64,000 nt of DNA from Minisyncoccota bacterium (lineage in GTDB: Bacteria > Patescibacteriota > Minisyncoccia > JAHISW01 > Tagabacteraceae). Where the stretch lies: the NCBI GenBank assembly GCA_028711505.1, contig JAQTSC010000001.1, positions 168,604-232,603 of the forward strand, written 5' to 3'. Of the stretch, positions 1 through 9,944 are shown in pieces. A model generated the notes under the pieces. That model did not search any database. It was given only the letters and a program-made list of their open reading frames with translations, and was not told the DNA's origin. Within the stretch, counting starts at the first letter, position 1. Each line of letters begins with the position of its first letter. Both the position numbers and the translations under genes were made by a program.

Positions 1-133
1 CGAAAAGGCGAGGAGGAAAACCAAACCCGAACTCCTCGACTTTAGCGCCGAAAATTCTTGCAAAAAGGAAATGTCCCAGTTCATGGGACAAAACCAATAT
101 CGCCAAAGCGGCTATAAATAATATAATTTCCAT
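1..133 (-). CDS. rseP: Site-2 protease RseP (M50 family), N-terminal 44 codons; gene continues past the window start
   Basis: The reverse strand reads [44 protein letters not shown]. This contains the HExxH motif of M50 metalloproteases. ATG at 133. It lies immediately downstream of frr, the usual neighbourhood. Confidence 0.55.
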   Translation of the reverse strand, partial: MEIILFIAALAILVLSHELGHFLFARIFGAKVEEFGFGFPPRLF

Positions 134-142
134 AAATCCGCG

Positions 143-694
143 TTAATTTTTTATTTCATCTTTCTTTTTTTCCGCCATCTCTTCAAGTCTTTCGGAACAC
201 TCGTCAAATATTTTTTGGAGTTCGTCTTTAAAACGAAACTTATCGTCTTCGCTAAATTCTTTCTCTTTTTCTTTCTCTTTTATGTCTTTTAAAACATCGT
301 CCCTTTCCCTTCTCATCGAAATTCTCGCTTCCTCAAGTTTTTCCGAAACAAGTTTCAAGAGAGCTGTTCTTCTTTCCGCGGTAAGATCGGGAAAAATGAC
401 TCGGATCGTTCCTTTTTCGGTAATAGCCTGAGCTCCCAAACCGGAAGCTCTTATCGCTTGTTCAACCGGTAAAACAGAATCGCTGTCCCACGGCTTTACA
501 AGCAAAGTCCTGGCGTCCTCAACCGCTATGGAAGCAACTCCCTTCAGCGGATTTTTAGCGCCATAATAATCAACTTTCACGTTTTCTATCAACGCGGGGG
601 TGGCGCGGCCGGTACGTATAAGAAAAATTTCATTCTTAAACCACTCCTCTGTATCCACCGCTTTCTTTTTAAATTTTGTGAAATCGTAAGGCAT
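143..694 (-). CDS. frr: Ribosome recycling factor
   Basis: 183 aa. RRF-like sequence (VKVDYYGAKNPLKGVASIAVEDARTLLVKPWD...) with a C-terminal coiled-coil. Confidence 0.9.
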   Translation of the reverse strand: MPYDFTKFKKKAVDTEEWFKNEIFLIRTGRATPALIENVKVDYYGAKNPLKGVASIAVEDARTLLVKPWDSDSVLPVEQAIRASGLGAQAITEKGTIRVIFPDLTAERRTALLKLVSEKLEEARISMRRERDDVLKDIKEKEKEKEFSEDDKFRFKDELQKIFDECSERLEEMAEKKKDEIKN

Positions 695-887
695 TCTTCG
701 TAATGCACTATCGCATTTAAAAAACGATAATGCAGTAATTTAAATGATAATCGATGTCCGTTAATTCCTTTTCCCGCCACGCGTCAGGGAAAGCACGCGA
801 GAATGTTTATTACGGGATATGTTTTTATTATATCAAACAAATCCCCGGATTGAAAAGTTTTAAAAACATAATCTTAAAAATCAAACC

Positions 888-1553
888 TCATTTTGTTTTC
901 GGTAAAAAATATGCCAAATGTTCCAAAACCATTTTCGGATAAGCGCCAGGGGAAAGGAGCATTTCTCGGCACTTCGCGGTTTCCTCCGCAATCTCCGCGT
1001 TTATAACCGCGCCCTTTAAAAAATCACCGTTCAAAACCTCCACAATTCCTCCGAGAAAAGATACCGCTTTCTGTTTATCCGATATAAACGGTTTTAAAAT
1101 TTCCAGCCGCTTGTCAATCGTTGAATTCAAAAATTCCAAAATAAATTCCTTGTTTTCTGCCAATGAGGAAGCGGGTATTTCAAAATCTTCCGGGAAAAGC
1201 CTTGACCTAAGAGTACCGGGTATATTTTCTTTTGAGCCGGTAATGAGAAAAAAACGGCTATCCGCCGCCGGCTCTTCAAAAGTTTTAAGCAGAGCGTCGG
1301 AAGATTCCTTCGTAAAGAAATCGGCCATTACCACAAATACCCTGCCCTTCCCCGAAAAAGATTTTTGAGAAGACCATGTTCTTAAAAGTCGGCTATGGTC
1401 TATTGAAAGGGTGGCTGTTTCAAGAAGGAAAAAATCGGGATCGGAATTTATACTATCCCGCGTTTTTCCTAAAATTTCCGAAGCTGCGGCAATCGCCTTG
1501 TTTAAAGCCGTTTTTTTGTCGCCGGTAAAAAGGTATCCGTGTTTGAAGTCCAT
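888..1553 (-). CDS. holB: DNA polymerase III delta-prime subunit-like (AAA+ clamp-loader fold)
   Basis: HGYLFTG N-terminus and the LLKTFEEP box typical of HolB. Confidence 0.7.
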   Translation of the reverse strand: MDFKHGYLFTGDKKTALNKAIAAASEILGKTRDSINSDPDFFLLETATLSIDHSRLLRTWSSQKSFSGKGRVFVVMADFFTKESSDALLKTFEEPAADSRFFLITGSKENIPGTLRSRLFPEDFEIPASSLAENKEFILEFLNSTIDKRLEILKPFISDKQKAVSFLGGIVEVLNGDFLKGAVINAEIAEETAKCREMLLSPGAYPKMVLEHLAYFLPKTK

Positions 1554-1600
1554 TTTCTATATTATTACCTGCTAAAGAAACAAAAACAAACCCTGCCGGA

Positions 1601-1632
1601 GAAAAAAAAGACGGGTTCTAAACGAACCCGTC
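1601..1632 (-). terminator. Rho-independent terminator downstream of mreB
   Basis: GACGGGTTC-taaac-GAACCCGTC hairpin, followed on the minus strand by a T8 tract. Confidence 0.5.
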
Positions 1633-1947
1633 CAACGCTGCTGCATGGGATATTGATTATAACGGATAACGTCCGCGTATGCGCGCGGATAAAAGGTCGA
1701 TCCGGATTCGCCTTCGTCAGTTCTAATCCCCCATAACAGCCGCGATCCGGGCTCGATAAATTTTTATAGAAAGAACTTCAAACCCGGGTCGCGACTGTTA
1801 ACTTTTATTTCAACATTACTTTTTAAAAAACTTAATAGCGGTTATTATTATAGCCGACTAAAAAAATCTGTCAAACCAAATTTGTTTTTCCTCAAACAAA
1901 GCGGATATAAAACTCCCATTGCGGATTAAAAACAAGAAAATAAAAAA

Positions 1948-2958
1948 TTACCTTTTTGCCACGATGCTTCTCTTGTACGCGTCCAAATGCTCCAAAGCCA
2001 CGCCAGTGCCTTTGGCGACACAAAGCAAAGAATCTTCGGCAACCTCCGCCCTGACCCCGGTAGAACGAAAAACAAGTTCGTCGATATTTCTCAAAAGCGA
2101 AACCCCTCCGCTCATCAAAATTCCCAAATCAATAATATCCGAAGAAAGTTCCGGCGGAGTTTCCTGAAGAACATGTTTTATCGCCTTTATTATTTCTTTA
2201 AGTTCAAACTCAATCGCTTTTACAACCTCATTCGTGGAAACTTCTGCGCTGCGAGGAAGACCGGTCAAAAAATCTCTTCCTTTAACGGTGCATTTAAGCT
2301 CGTCGTCAACCATGACAGCCGAACCTACCGCTATCTTTATCTCCTCGGCCGTTTTTTCGCCTATAGCCAAATTAAAAGCTTTCTTAACATAATTAATAAT
2401 GGCTTGGTCAAGTTTATTGCCGGCAACTTTTACCGAAGTGGAAAAAACGATACCGCCCAAGCTTATAACGGCGGCATCGGTAGTCCCTCCTCCTATATCA
2501 ACTATCATATGACCGCAAGCTTCGTGTATGGGAACTCCGGCGCCAATGGCAGCGAGTATCGGTTCTTTCACTACATAAGCCGAACGCGCCCCTGCTTTTA
2601 CCGCCGCCTCGACTACCGCCCTTTTTTCGGTTGACGTTATTCCGGCAGGAACGGATATCATTACTTCCGGTTTAAAAATGTTAAATTTCCCGATGGATTT
2701 TCCGATATAATATTTAAGCATCGCTTCTGTCGCGCGATAATCGGCGATAACCCCGTCTTTAAGCGGACGATAAGTCATTATCGTATCGGGAGTTTTCCCG
2801 ACCATGTCTTTGGCGTCATCGCCTACGGCAAGAATTTTATTGTCAGGAACGGATATGGCGACAACGGACGGTTCGTTTAAAACAATGCCTTTGCCATACA
2901 CAAAAACCAAAGTATTCGCTGTCCCCAAATCTATTCCAAGTTTTCTGGCAAAAAACAT
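1948..2958 (-). CDS. mreB: Rod shape-determining actin homolog MreB
   Basis: GIDLGTANTLV phosphate-1 motif, DIGGGTTD, full-length actin-fold ATPase. Confidence 0.9.
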   Translation of the reverse strand: MFFARKLGIDLGTANTLVFVYGKGIVLNEPSVVAISVPDNKILAVGDDAKDMVGKTPDTIMTYRPLKDGVIADYRATEAMLKYYIGKSIGKFNIFKPEVMISVPAGITSTEKRAVVEAAVKAGARSAYVVKEPILAAIGAGVPIHEACGHMIVDIGGGTTDAAVISLGGIVFSTSVKVAGNKLDQAIINYVKKAFNLAIGEKTAEEIKIAVGSAVMVDDELKCTVKGRDFLTGLPRSAEVSTNEVVKAIEFELKEIIKAIKHVLQETPPELSSDIIDLGILMSGGVSLLRNIDELVFRSTGVRAEVAEDSLLCVAKGTGVALEHLDAYKRSIVAKR

Positions 2959-2963
2959 AAAAG

Positions 2964-4232
2964 TTAAATGCGTTTTATTGTCGCGCCAATGTTTGAAAGG
3001 CGTTCCTCTATTTTTTCATATCCCCTGTCTATATTATAGATATTGCTTATTTCCGATTCTCCTTCCGCGGCAAGCGCCGCGGTAAGAAAAGCCAGCCCGG
3101 CTCTCAAATCAGGGCTTTCCATTTTTCTTCCCCTTAATTTTGTCGGACCTTCAATTATCGCCCTGTGGGGGTCGCAGATAATAATCTTCGCTCCCATTCT
3201 TTCCAAATCGTTTAAATAATTCAGGCGGCCGTCAAATACCGTTTCAAAAACCATGCTTTTGCCTTCTGCTTGCGTTAAAAGCACGGAAAAAGGCGCTTGC
3301 ATATCCGTTGAAAAACCAGGGTATTCATGAGTTTTTATATCAACGGCCGTAAGCCGTTTCGGAGCGCTGATTAAAAGATAATCTTTGCCTATTTTAATAT
3401 CAACCCCTGTTTCTTTTAAGGCGGAAAGTTCGGCTCGCATGTGAGAAGGGTCGCAATCGGATATTCTTAAATTTTTTCCCAAAATTGACGCGATAACCGC
3501 AAAGCTGCCCGCCTCCACCCTGTCTGGCGGAGTTTCAAAAACTCCTTTTTCCAAAAGTTTGCCCGATCTTCCGTTTATTTCGATCGTATTGGTTCCCGCT
3601 CCTTTTATGTCGGCGCCGCTGGCATTTAAAAAATTAGCGAGGACCGCTATTTCCGGTTCGCACGCCACGTTTCTCAAAATTGTCTTCCCGTAAGCCAGAA
3701 CAGCGGCCATCATCAAAGTTTCGGTCGCCGTAACACTGGGAAGCTTAAAAAAAATATCCGCGCCTTTTAATTTTTTAGCTTCTATCCGATAAAAATTTGT
3801 TTCTTCAATGACACCAGCGCCCATCTCTTTGAAAGAGTCCAAGAAAACATCTATCGGTCTCTTCCCGATAACGCACCCGCCGGGATGCGGGAAAAAAACC
3901 CTGCCTTCGCGCGCCAGAATCGGTCCGGTTAATACGACAGAGGAACGGAGAAGCGTCGCGATTTTCAGATCCATTTCGGGCTTTATGCCGGAAGAAATTT
4001 TATAACGAAAAGTCCTGCCCTCTTCATGAAAGACTTCAACGCCCAAACTGCCAAGCAGGCAATTCATCTGCAAAAAATCTTCTATAAAAGGAACGTTCTT
4101 TAAAACAACTTCTTCCTTAAAAAGAACGGACGCGGCTTGAGCCTTAAGGACGGCATTTTTAGCTCCGTTGACGCGGAGAGTTCCTTCAAGTTTCTTCTTT
4201 TTTCCAAGCCCTTTAATCAAAAAAGAGTTCAT
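2964..4232 (-). CDS. murA: UDP-N-acetylglucosamine 1-carboxyvinyltransferase
   Basis: 422 aa EPSP-synthase fold. GAKNAVL, catalytic CVIGKRPID loop, LRAGLAFLTAALAAEGES. Confidence 0.9.
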   Translation of the reverse strand: MNSFLIKGLGKKKKLEGTLRVNGAKNAVLKAQAASVLFKEEVVLKNVPFIEDFLQMNCLLGSLGVEVFHEEGRTFRYKISSGIKPEMDLKIATLLRSSVVLTGPILAREGRVFFPHPGGCVIGKRPIDVFLDSFKEMGAGVIEETNFYRIEAKKLKGADIFFKLPSVTATETLMMAAVLAYGKTILRNVACEPEIAVLANFLNASGADIKGAGTNTIEINGRSGKLLEKGVFETPPDRVEAGSFAVIASILGKNLRISDCDPSHMRAELSALKETGVDIKIGKDYLLISAPKRLTAVDIKTHEYPGFSTDMQAPFSVLLTQAEGKSMVFETVFDGRLNYLNDLERMGAKIIICDPHRAIIEGPTKLRGRKMESPDLRAGLAFLTAALAAEGESEISNIYNIDRGYEKIEERLSNIGATIKRI

Positions 4233-4352
4233 TCCAACCGATTAAATTCAAAATTAAATATTAGTTTAAAAAACACCTGCTTCTGTGCTTTTAATTTCGC
4301 CTTTGCTATTTTATCCTAGACTTTTAGGCGTTTTTTTGCAAATATAATAAAT

Positions 4353-5393
4353 ATGATGACTCGCAGAAAAAGAAGGGTGTTTTTTCTTATATCGACAGGT
4401 GTTTTTCTGTTTGTGTCCCTTGCCGTCGTATTTTATAGCCAAGGGTACATGCTGGACAAAAATTACAAAATAACGCGCAAAGGAGGACTCTACATAAACA
4501 CACCGATTGAAAATTCCGACATATATATAAACTTAAAGAAAGAAAAGACAACCAGTTTCTTAAACCGCGATTTGCTTATGTCGAATATTGAACCCAAAAA
4601 ATATTCGATACTTATTGCCAAAGAAGGCTACTGGCCTTGGGCGAAGACGATAGAAGTCAAGCCGGGCATGGTTATAGAAGCAAGAGCGATAATGGTAAAA
4701 GAAAATCCACAGGGAGAATTTATCTTAAAAGGAAAATTCTCGCGCATCTGGTCTTCCCCATCGGAAAAAATAATTGCGCTGAAAGAAGAAAAAAACGGAG
4801 TTTTTGATTTGCTTTTCTATCTGCCGGAAAATAATGTTTTTCTCACCCCCCTCAATTCATCTTCAAAATATCTCTTGTCCTTTAAAAAAGAAATCTCCGG
4901 CGTATCTTTTGAAAACGGAAGCGTTTCCTTTAAAACGGAAAAGGGAAATATAAAAGCCGATTTTGATTTTTCAAAAAACAGCGTGTCCGCGACGCAGACG
5001 GACGTTCTTCCGGAAAAATCCGATTACGAGAAAACCGCGAGAAGAGGACAGGAAAAAATTTCATGGAATCCTGAAACAAACGAGGTTTTTGTGGAATGGC
5101 TGGAGAAAAACTCGACCCCTCCGCAATATATTTGCGAGGAAAAATGCGAATCTCCCATAAAGATATTCAAAAGCTTCTTGAAACTGAGGAACGCGGATTT
5201 CTTTCCGGGGAGACCGGATGTGGCAACGATAGCCGTGGGCAACGGAATTTACGCCCTTGAAATAGACGGAAGAGGAGGTCGCCTTATTTACCCTCTATAC
5301 AAAGGCAAAGAACCGGATTTTGCCCTGCTTGGAAGCGAAAAAAACGTCTACATAATAGACGACGGTTCTCTTATAAAAATATCTTTGGAGTAA
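4353..5393 (+). CDS. Membrane-anchored hypothetical protein (N-terminal TM helix, extracytoplasmic body)
   Basis: 346 aa ORF. Hydrophobic segment FFLISTGVFLFVSLAVVFY after a basic N-terminus. Confidence 0.5.
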   Translation: MMTRRKRRVFFLISTGVFLFVSLAVVFYSQGYMLDKNYKITRKGGLYINTPIENSDIYINLKKEKTTSFLNRDLLMSNIEPKKYSILIAKEGYWPWAKTIEVKPGMVIEARAIMVKENPQGEFILKGKFSRIWSSPSEKIIALKEEKNGVFDLLFYLPENNVFLTPLNSSSKYLLSFKKEISGVSFENGSVSFKTEKGNIKADFDFSKNSVSATQTDVLPEKSDYEKTARRGQEKISWNPETNEVFVEWLEKNSTPPQYICEEKCESPIKIFKSFLKLRNADFFPGRPDVATIAVGNGIYALEIDGRGGRLIYPLYKGKEPDFALLGSEKNVYIIDDGSLIKISLE

Positions 5394-7288
5394 TGAGCTT
5401 AAACCTGGTTAAAATTGTGCCAATCACAAAAGGCGCAGCCAAAGAACTTTTTTACTTTTCACAAAAAGACATAAAAAAAGGCTCGATAGTTTCCGCCGAA
5501 ATAAGAAAAAAAGAAACTCCTTGCCTTGTTCTCTCTTCCGAAAGCATAAAAGACGCCAAGTCCAGAATAAAAAATTATTCTTATCCCCTAAAAAAGATTT
5601 CATCAGTAAAAGCTGATGGTTTTTTTACCGAAGAATTTATTGAAGCGGCAAAGGACACGGCCGATTATTTTCTCTCTGCCGCGGGCAATGTTGTAAAAGA
5701 ACTTTGTCCGCAGGCTATTCTTGAAAATCCGCCGGCGGTAAAAGATGCCTTTTTGCAGGAATCGCTTCTAAAAAAAAGATTGCGCTCAAAAGAATTGCCC
5801 GGACTTTTATCGCTTCAGTCACCTCTTCCGAATAGAATAATTTTCTATAAAAACCTGATAAGGTCTGAATTCGCCAGAGGAAATTCAATATTTTTATGCC
5901 TCCCCACTTCCGCCGAGGCAATGCGTTTGTTTAAAGAAATTGAAAAAGGAATAGAACAGTTTTCATTCATCTTCACGGCAAAGACTTTAAAAAGGGACCT
6001 GAAAAAAAACTGGGCTAAAGTTATGGAAGAATCTCACCCTGTATTTATCACGGCAACCCCGCTTTTCCTTTCTGTTGCCAGAAAAGATATAAAAACTTTC
6101 ATAATAGAAAACGAGGGTTCTTTCGCGTATAAAAAACCGCGAAGGCCTTTTTTAAATTTCAAAAAAGCAGCGGAAAATCTGGCGCGGCGGAACGAAGCGA
6201 AAATAATTTTTGCCGACGAGATACCCAGCGCGGAAATTCATTATAAAATCTTCGCGGGAAAAATTACGGCGGCAGCTCCGGTTCAAGAAAAAATAACATC
6301 CACCGCCGAGCAAACGCTTGTTGACGCTAAAAAACAGAAAACCGTCCTGAGCGAAAAGATAATAAAAATGGTTGAAGAAGCGTCAACAAATAATCAAAAA
6401 ACCATACTTTTCATAAACAGGCGAGGTTTCGGATTGCAGACGATATGTGAAGACTGCGGAAAAATAATGGTCTGCCCAAGATGCGAAACGCCGCTTACCC
6501 TTCATAAAACTTCGGGGAATGAATTCTTGTGCCACAAATGCTTCAACAAAACTCCCGTCTTTGAAAGATGCCCTGACTGCGGAAGCTGGAGAATGAAAAC
6601 TTTAGGCTGGGGCATACAGGCGGCGGAAGAAGAACTAAAAGAAAAATTCCATAATTTAAAAATTTTGAGGCTGGACGCCGATTCGGCAAAAACAAAAAAA
6701 CAGGGTCGGGAAATTATGAAAAAATACGAAGATTCGCCCTCCGCGGTCTTAATAGCCACGGAAATGCTTTTCTCTTTCTGGGGCGAGGAAACGGACAATA
6801 TCGGAATCGTATCCGTTGACAGCATGCTTTCTTTGCCGGATTTCAGGATAAACGAAAGAATTTTCCGGCTTCTATTCCTCTTGAAAACCCGCGCCAGAAA
6901 AACTTTTATTATCCAGACAAGGATGCCGGAAAATCCGATTTTTGAAAACGTTATAAAAGGAGACGCTTCCGGCTTTTATCGTTTTGAGCTGGATTCGCGA
7001 AAAAATTTTGGATACCCGCCGTTCAAAACTCTTATAAAAATAATTCTTGAAGGCAGAGACAAAAACACGGCGCAGAAAGAAATAACCTCTCTTGAAAAGA
7101 AACTGGAAGATTACAATCCGACAAGCTTTTCCGCGTTTACACCGAAAATAAAAAACTTCTACCGGTTTTTCACGCTTCTTAAAATAGAGCCGGGCAAGTG
7201 GCCCGACCAAGAGCAAAAACTTTTTGAAATTCTGTCTTCTCTGCCCCGAGAATGGAAAATAGACGTCGACCCGGAAAGTTTGCTGTAA
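5393..7288 (+). CDS. priA: Primosomal protein N' (PriA)-like; Zn-finger retained, helicase ATPase motifs degenerate
   Basis: Core LFINRRGF...CEDCGKIMVCPRCETPLTLHKTSGNEFLCHKCFNKTPVFERCPDCGS matches the PriA Cys-rich region. No Walker A GxGKT was found, and the DExH position reads IFADEIP. Confidence 0.65.
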   Translation: MSLNLVKIVPITKGAAKELFYFSQKDIKKGSIVSAEIRKKETPCLVLSSESIKDAKSRIKNYSYPLKKISSVKADGFFTEEFIEAAKDTADYFLSAAGNVVKELCPQAILENPPAVKDAFLQESLLKKRLRSKELPGLLSLQSPLPNRIIFYKNLIRSEFARGNSIFLCLPTSAEAMRLFKEIEKGIEQFSFIFTAKTLKRDLKKNWAKVMEESHPVFITATPLFLSVARKDIKTFIIENEGSFAYKKPRRPFLNFKKAAENLARRNEAKIIFADEIPSAEIHYKIFAGKITAAAPVQEKITSTAEQTLVDAKKQKTVLSEKIIKMVEEASTNNQKTILFINRRGFGLQTICEDCGKIMVCPRCETPLTLHKTSGNEFLCHKCFNKTPVFERCPDCGSWRMKTLGWGIQAAEEELKEKFHNLKILRLDADSAKTKKQGREIMKKYEDSPSAVLIATEMLFSFWGEETDNIGIVSVDSMLSLPDFRINERIFRLLFLLKTRARKTFIIQTRMPENPIFENVIKGDASGFYRFELDSRKNFGYPPFKTLIKIILEGRDKNTAQKEITSLEKKLEDYNPTSFSAFTPKIKNFYRFFTLLKIEPGKWPDQEQKLFEILSSLPREWKIDVDPESLL

Positions 7289-7306
7289 GAAAACTCAAGA
7301 CAAAAA

Positions 7307-7723
7307 TTATTTACCAAGATAATTTTCAAAAGCCAAGACTAAATCATCAATAAGCCCGTATTTTTTATATTCTTTCGGGTCAATCCAAATATATTCTTCA
7401 TGGTCTTCGCTTAATATTACCTTGTCCGAGCCGGCAAAACATTCAAAAAAAGTCCCGATAATTTGCCACTGCTCTTCCCTTACAACAGGCCTCCATTCAT
7501 TAACAAAAAATGGTCGGCCAATTCTAACGCTAAGTCCCGTCTCTTCCTTAATTTCACGGATTAAATTTTCGTCAAATCTTTTTCCTGGCTTAACCCGGCC
7601 GCCTGCCACGTCAAATTTTCCCGCATTTGCCCCGTCCTTGTATTTTGCGGATTCTTTTAGCAATAACACCTTCCCGTTATAAATAATAAAGGCTTTTGTA
7701 GCGGCAAATAATTTAATTTCCAT
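7307..7723 (-). CDS. NUDIX hydrolase
   Basis: Nudix box GGRVKPGKRFDENLIREIKEETGL. Confidence 0.75.
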   Translation of the reverse strand: MEIKLFAATKAFIIYNGKVLLLKESAKYKDGANAGKFDVAGGRVKPGKRFDENLIREIKEETGLSVRIGRPFFVNEWRPVVREEQWQIIGTFFECFAGSDKVILSEDHEEYIWIDPKEYKKYGLIDDLVLAFENYLGK

Positions 7724-7834
7724 CTTATTTAAAATGGTACTCTTGGAATACGTTCAAATAAAGCCCTTCTTCTTTTCCAAAAACCCGAAAAGGCCCGTCA
7801 TTCAAAAATATTTAAAATTCCCTATAATACAGGT

Positions 7835-8359
7835 ATGGAAGAAACAGGAAACGAAAAAATCAAAATCTATCAAAAAGGCGAAAAAGTGCTCCGTGAAAAA
7901 GCGAAGAATGTTCCTGTTTCCGAGATAAAAAGCAAAAAAATTAAAGCTATACTAAAAAAGATGGCTGAAGCCGTTGCCGAAAACGAAGAAGCTGTTGCTG
8001 TTGCCGCTCCTCAGATAGGAGAAAGCCGGCGTATTTTTCTTATCTCGAAATGGGCGCTTAATTCGGAAAAAGAGAAAAAAGAATTTGAAGGACAAAACAT
8101 AGTCTTCATAAACCCGAAAATAATCAAAGAGTCCCAAAAGAAAAAATCTGTTCCTGAATCCTGTCTCAGCGCCCCGAATCTTATGGGGGTTGTGGACCGC
8201 GCCGAAAAGATAAAAGTGGAAGCGTATGACGAAAACGGGGAAAAATTTGAACGCGGAGCTTCCGGCTTTTTTGCCCAGGCGATTCAGCATGAAATAGACC
8301 ACTTGGACGGCGTGCTTTTTATAGATAAAGCCGAGAACCTGCAAAAATATAAAAAATAA
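7835..8359 (+). CDS. def: Peptide deformylase
   Basis: The three PDF motifs: IGESRRIF (GxGxAAxQ-like), ESCLSAP (EGCLS), QHEIDHLDG. Confidence 0.9.
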   Translation: MEETGNEKIKIYQKGEKVLREKAKNVPVSEIKSKKIKAILKKMAEAVAENEEAVAVAAPQIGESRRIFLISKWALNSEKEKKEFEGQNIVFINPKIIKESQKKKSVPESCLSAPNLMGVVDRAEKIKVEAYDENGEKFERGASGFFAQAIQHEIDHLDGVLFIDKAENLQKYKK

Positions 8360-8411
8360 AATACGCGCAAATAAATCCTTTATATGCAAAGTGGTTTCGA
8401 ATATAAAGGAT

Positions 8412-8912
8412 TTATTTGGTGTTATAATTTTTTGACACGGGTTTGTCAATCTGTTCTATATCAATTTGGTCAATATCTCTGCCTAGCCTACCCTTATATT
8501 CAATCAAATCAAACATTGGTATCACTTTTATTTTTATTCCAAATTCTGAGATACATTCGGCTTTATTAAAATCGATGTCTCTTTTTATCCAAACATTATT
8601 TTTTGTGTTCAAATATTCGGCACTATCTGCATCACAAAGTTCAATTTGTTGCCCATGATAATTTAAAATTTGATAAATTAACTTCCAGTGCGAACCCACA
8701 TGATAATCGGGGCCAAACTGACTATATTCTTTTACAGCTTCAGCGATTTTAGCAAAACCAGAATTTGGAATAAAAATATCAATATCAGCTAACTCACGCG
8801 TTGATCCATAACATATCGCCGCTAAACCACCCTCGATTTGATAAGGAATATCACTGTTTTCTAAAATATCAACTATCCATTGAAGAGCTCTTGTTGTTTT
8901 TTTATTTTCCAT
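8412..8912 (-). CDS. Nucleotidyltransferase-domain protein (Pol-beta/MNT superfamily-like)
   Basis: GS-x5-DID motif (CYGSTRELADIDIFIP) near the N-terminus. It is encoded antisense between def and fmt. Confidence 0.4.
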   Translation of the reverse strand: MENKKTTRALQWIVDILENSDIPYQIEGGLAAICYGSTRELADIDIFIPNSGFAKIAEAVKEYSQFGPDYHVGSHWKLIYQILNYHGQQIELCDADSAEYLNTKNNVWIKRDIDFNKAECISEFGIKIKVIPMFDLIEYKGRLGRDIDQIDIEQIDKPVSKNYNTK

Positions 8913-9068
8913 GTAAGTGTCAAAAAAATATAATTTCCGATAACTCGATTACGCGCGAAGTGATTTCACTTATTATACATAATATCGCCAGTTTTATGAA
9001 TATCATGTATTATTTATTTACTAGCCTTGATTATAAGGGAAAAAACTAATGGATATCTTCTAAAAAAT

Positions 9069-9944
9069 ATGGACAAAGCCAGAATCGTATTCTTCGGCAC
9101 GCCGGAATTCTCGGTAAAAATTCTTGAGGCGATGAAAAACGCCTGTTTTTTGCCGGCACTTATAATTACCGCTCCGGACAAGCCAAAAGGACGCGGAATG
9201 AAAATGGCTCCCTCTCCCGCAAAAGCTTGGGCGGAAAAAAACTGCATAAATCATATTGAACCGTCCTCTCTTAAAAAAGACCCCGAAATAGCGATAAAGC
9301 TTTCGGAAATGAATCCCGACCTTTTTGTAGTAGCCTCTTACGGAAAAATTCTCCCGAAAGAAATTCTCGATGTCCCCCGAAAAGGCACGTTAAATGTCCA
9401 TCCTTCGCTTCTTCCCAAGCTCCGCGGCGCGTCGCCTATTCAAGGAGCAATTTTATCGGGTGAAAAAGAAACCGGAGTAACCATTATGCTTATGGACGAA
9501 AAAATGGACGAGGGTCCAATTTTGGCCAAACAAAAATTGGAATTTCCGATTGCCAATTTAAGATTTTCAGAACTGGAACAAGAGCTTGCGGAGTTTGGAG
9601 GAAAAATTCTGACGGAAACAATTCCGAAATGGCTAAATGACAAAATAACTCCGCAACCGCAAGACCACTCACAAGCCACTTACACCAAACTCATTAAAAA
9701 AGAAGACGGTGAAATAAACTGGAGCGAGCCAGCAGAAGCAATTTTTAGAAAAATACGGGCATATACTCCTTGGCCCGGAGCTTACACTTTTTATAACGGA
9801 AAAAGAATAATAATAGCTGACGCCGAAATAAAGAATGACTCGCTTGATATTAAGCGAGTCAAACCCGAAGGCAAAAACGAAATTTCTTTTAAAGAATTCT
9901 ACAAAAACAATCCCGAATTTCCTAATTGCCGAAAATCTGAATAA
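9069..9944 (+). CDS. fmt: Methionyl-tRNA formyltransferase
   Basis: ARIVFFGTPEFS, LNVHPSLLPKLRGASPIQ (the SLLP motif), plus the C-terminal Fmt domain. Start moved to the internal ATG at 9069. Confidence 0.9.
   Translation: MDKARIVFFGTPEFSVKILEAMKNACFLPALIITAPDKPKGRGMKMAPSPAKAWAEKNCINHIEPSSLKKDPEIAIKLSEMNPDLFVVASYGKILPKEILDVPRKGTLNVHPSLLPKLRGASPIQGAILSGEKETGVTIMLMDEKMDEGPILAKQKLEFPIANLRFSELEQELAEFGGKILTETIPKWLNDKITPQPQDHSQATYTKLIKKEDGEINWSEPAEAIFRKIRAYTPWPGAYTFYNGKRIIIADAEIKNDSLDIKRVKPEGKNEISFKEFYKNNPEFPNCRKSE

Noticed and set aside
1987-2634. 215-aa plus-strand ORF
   Set aside because: It is antisense within mreB. Its product is an Arg/Phe-rich translation typical of a shadow ORF.
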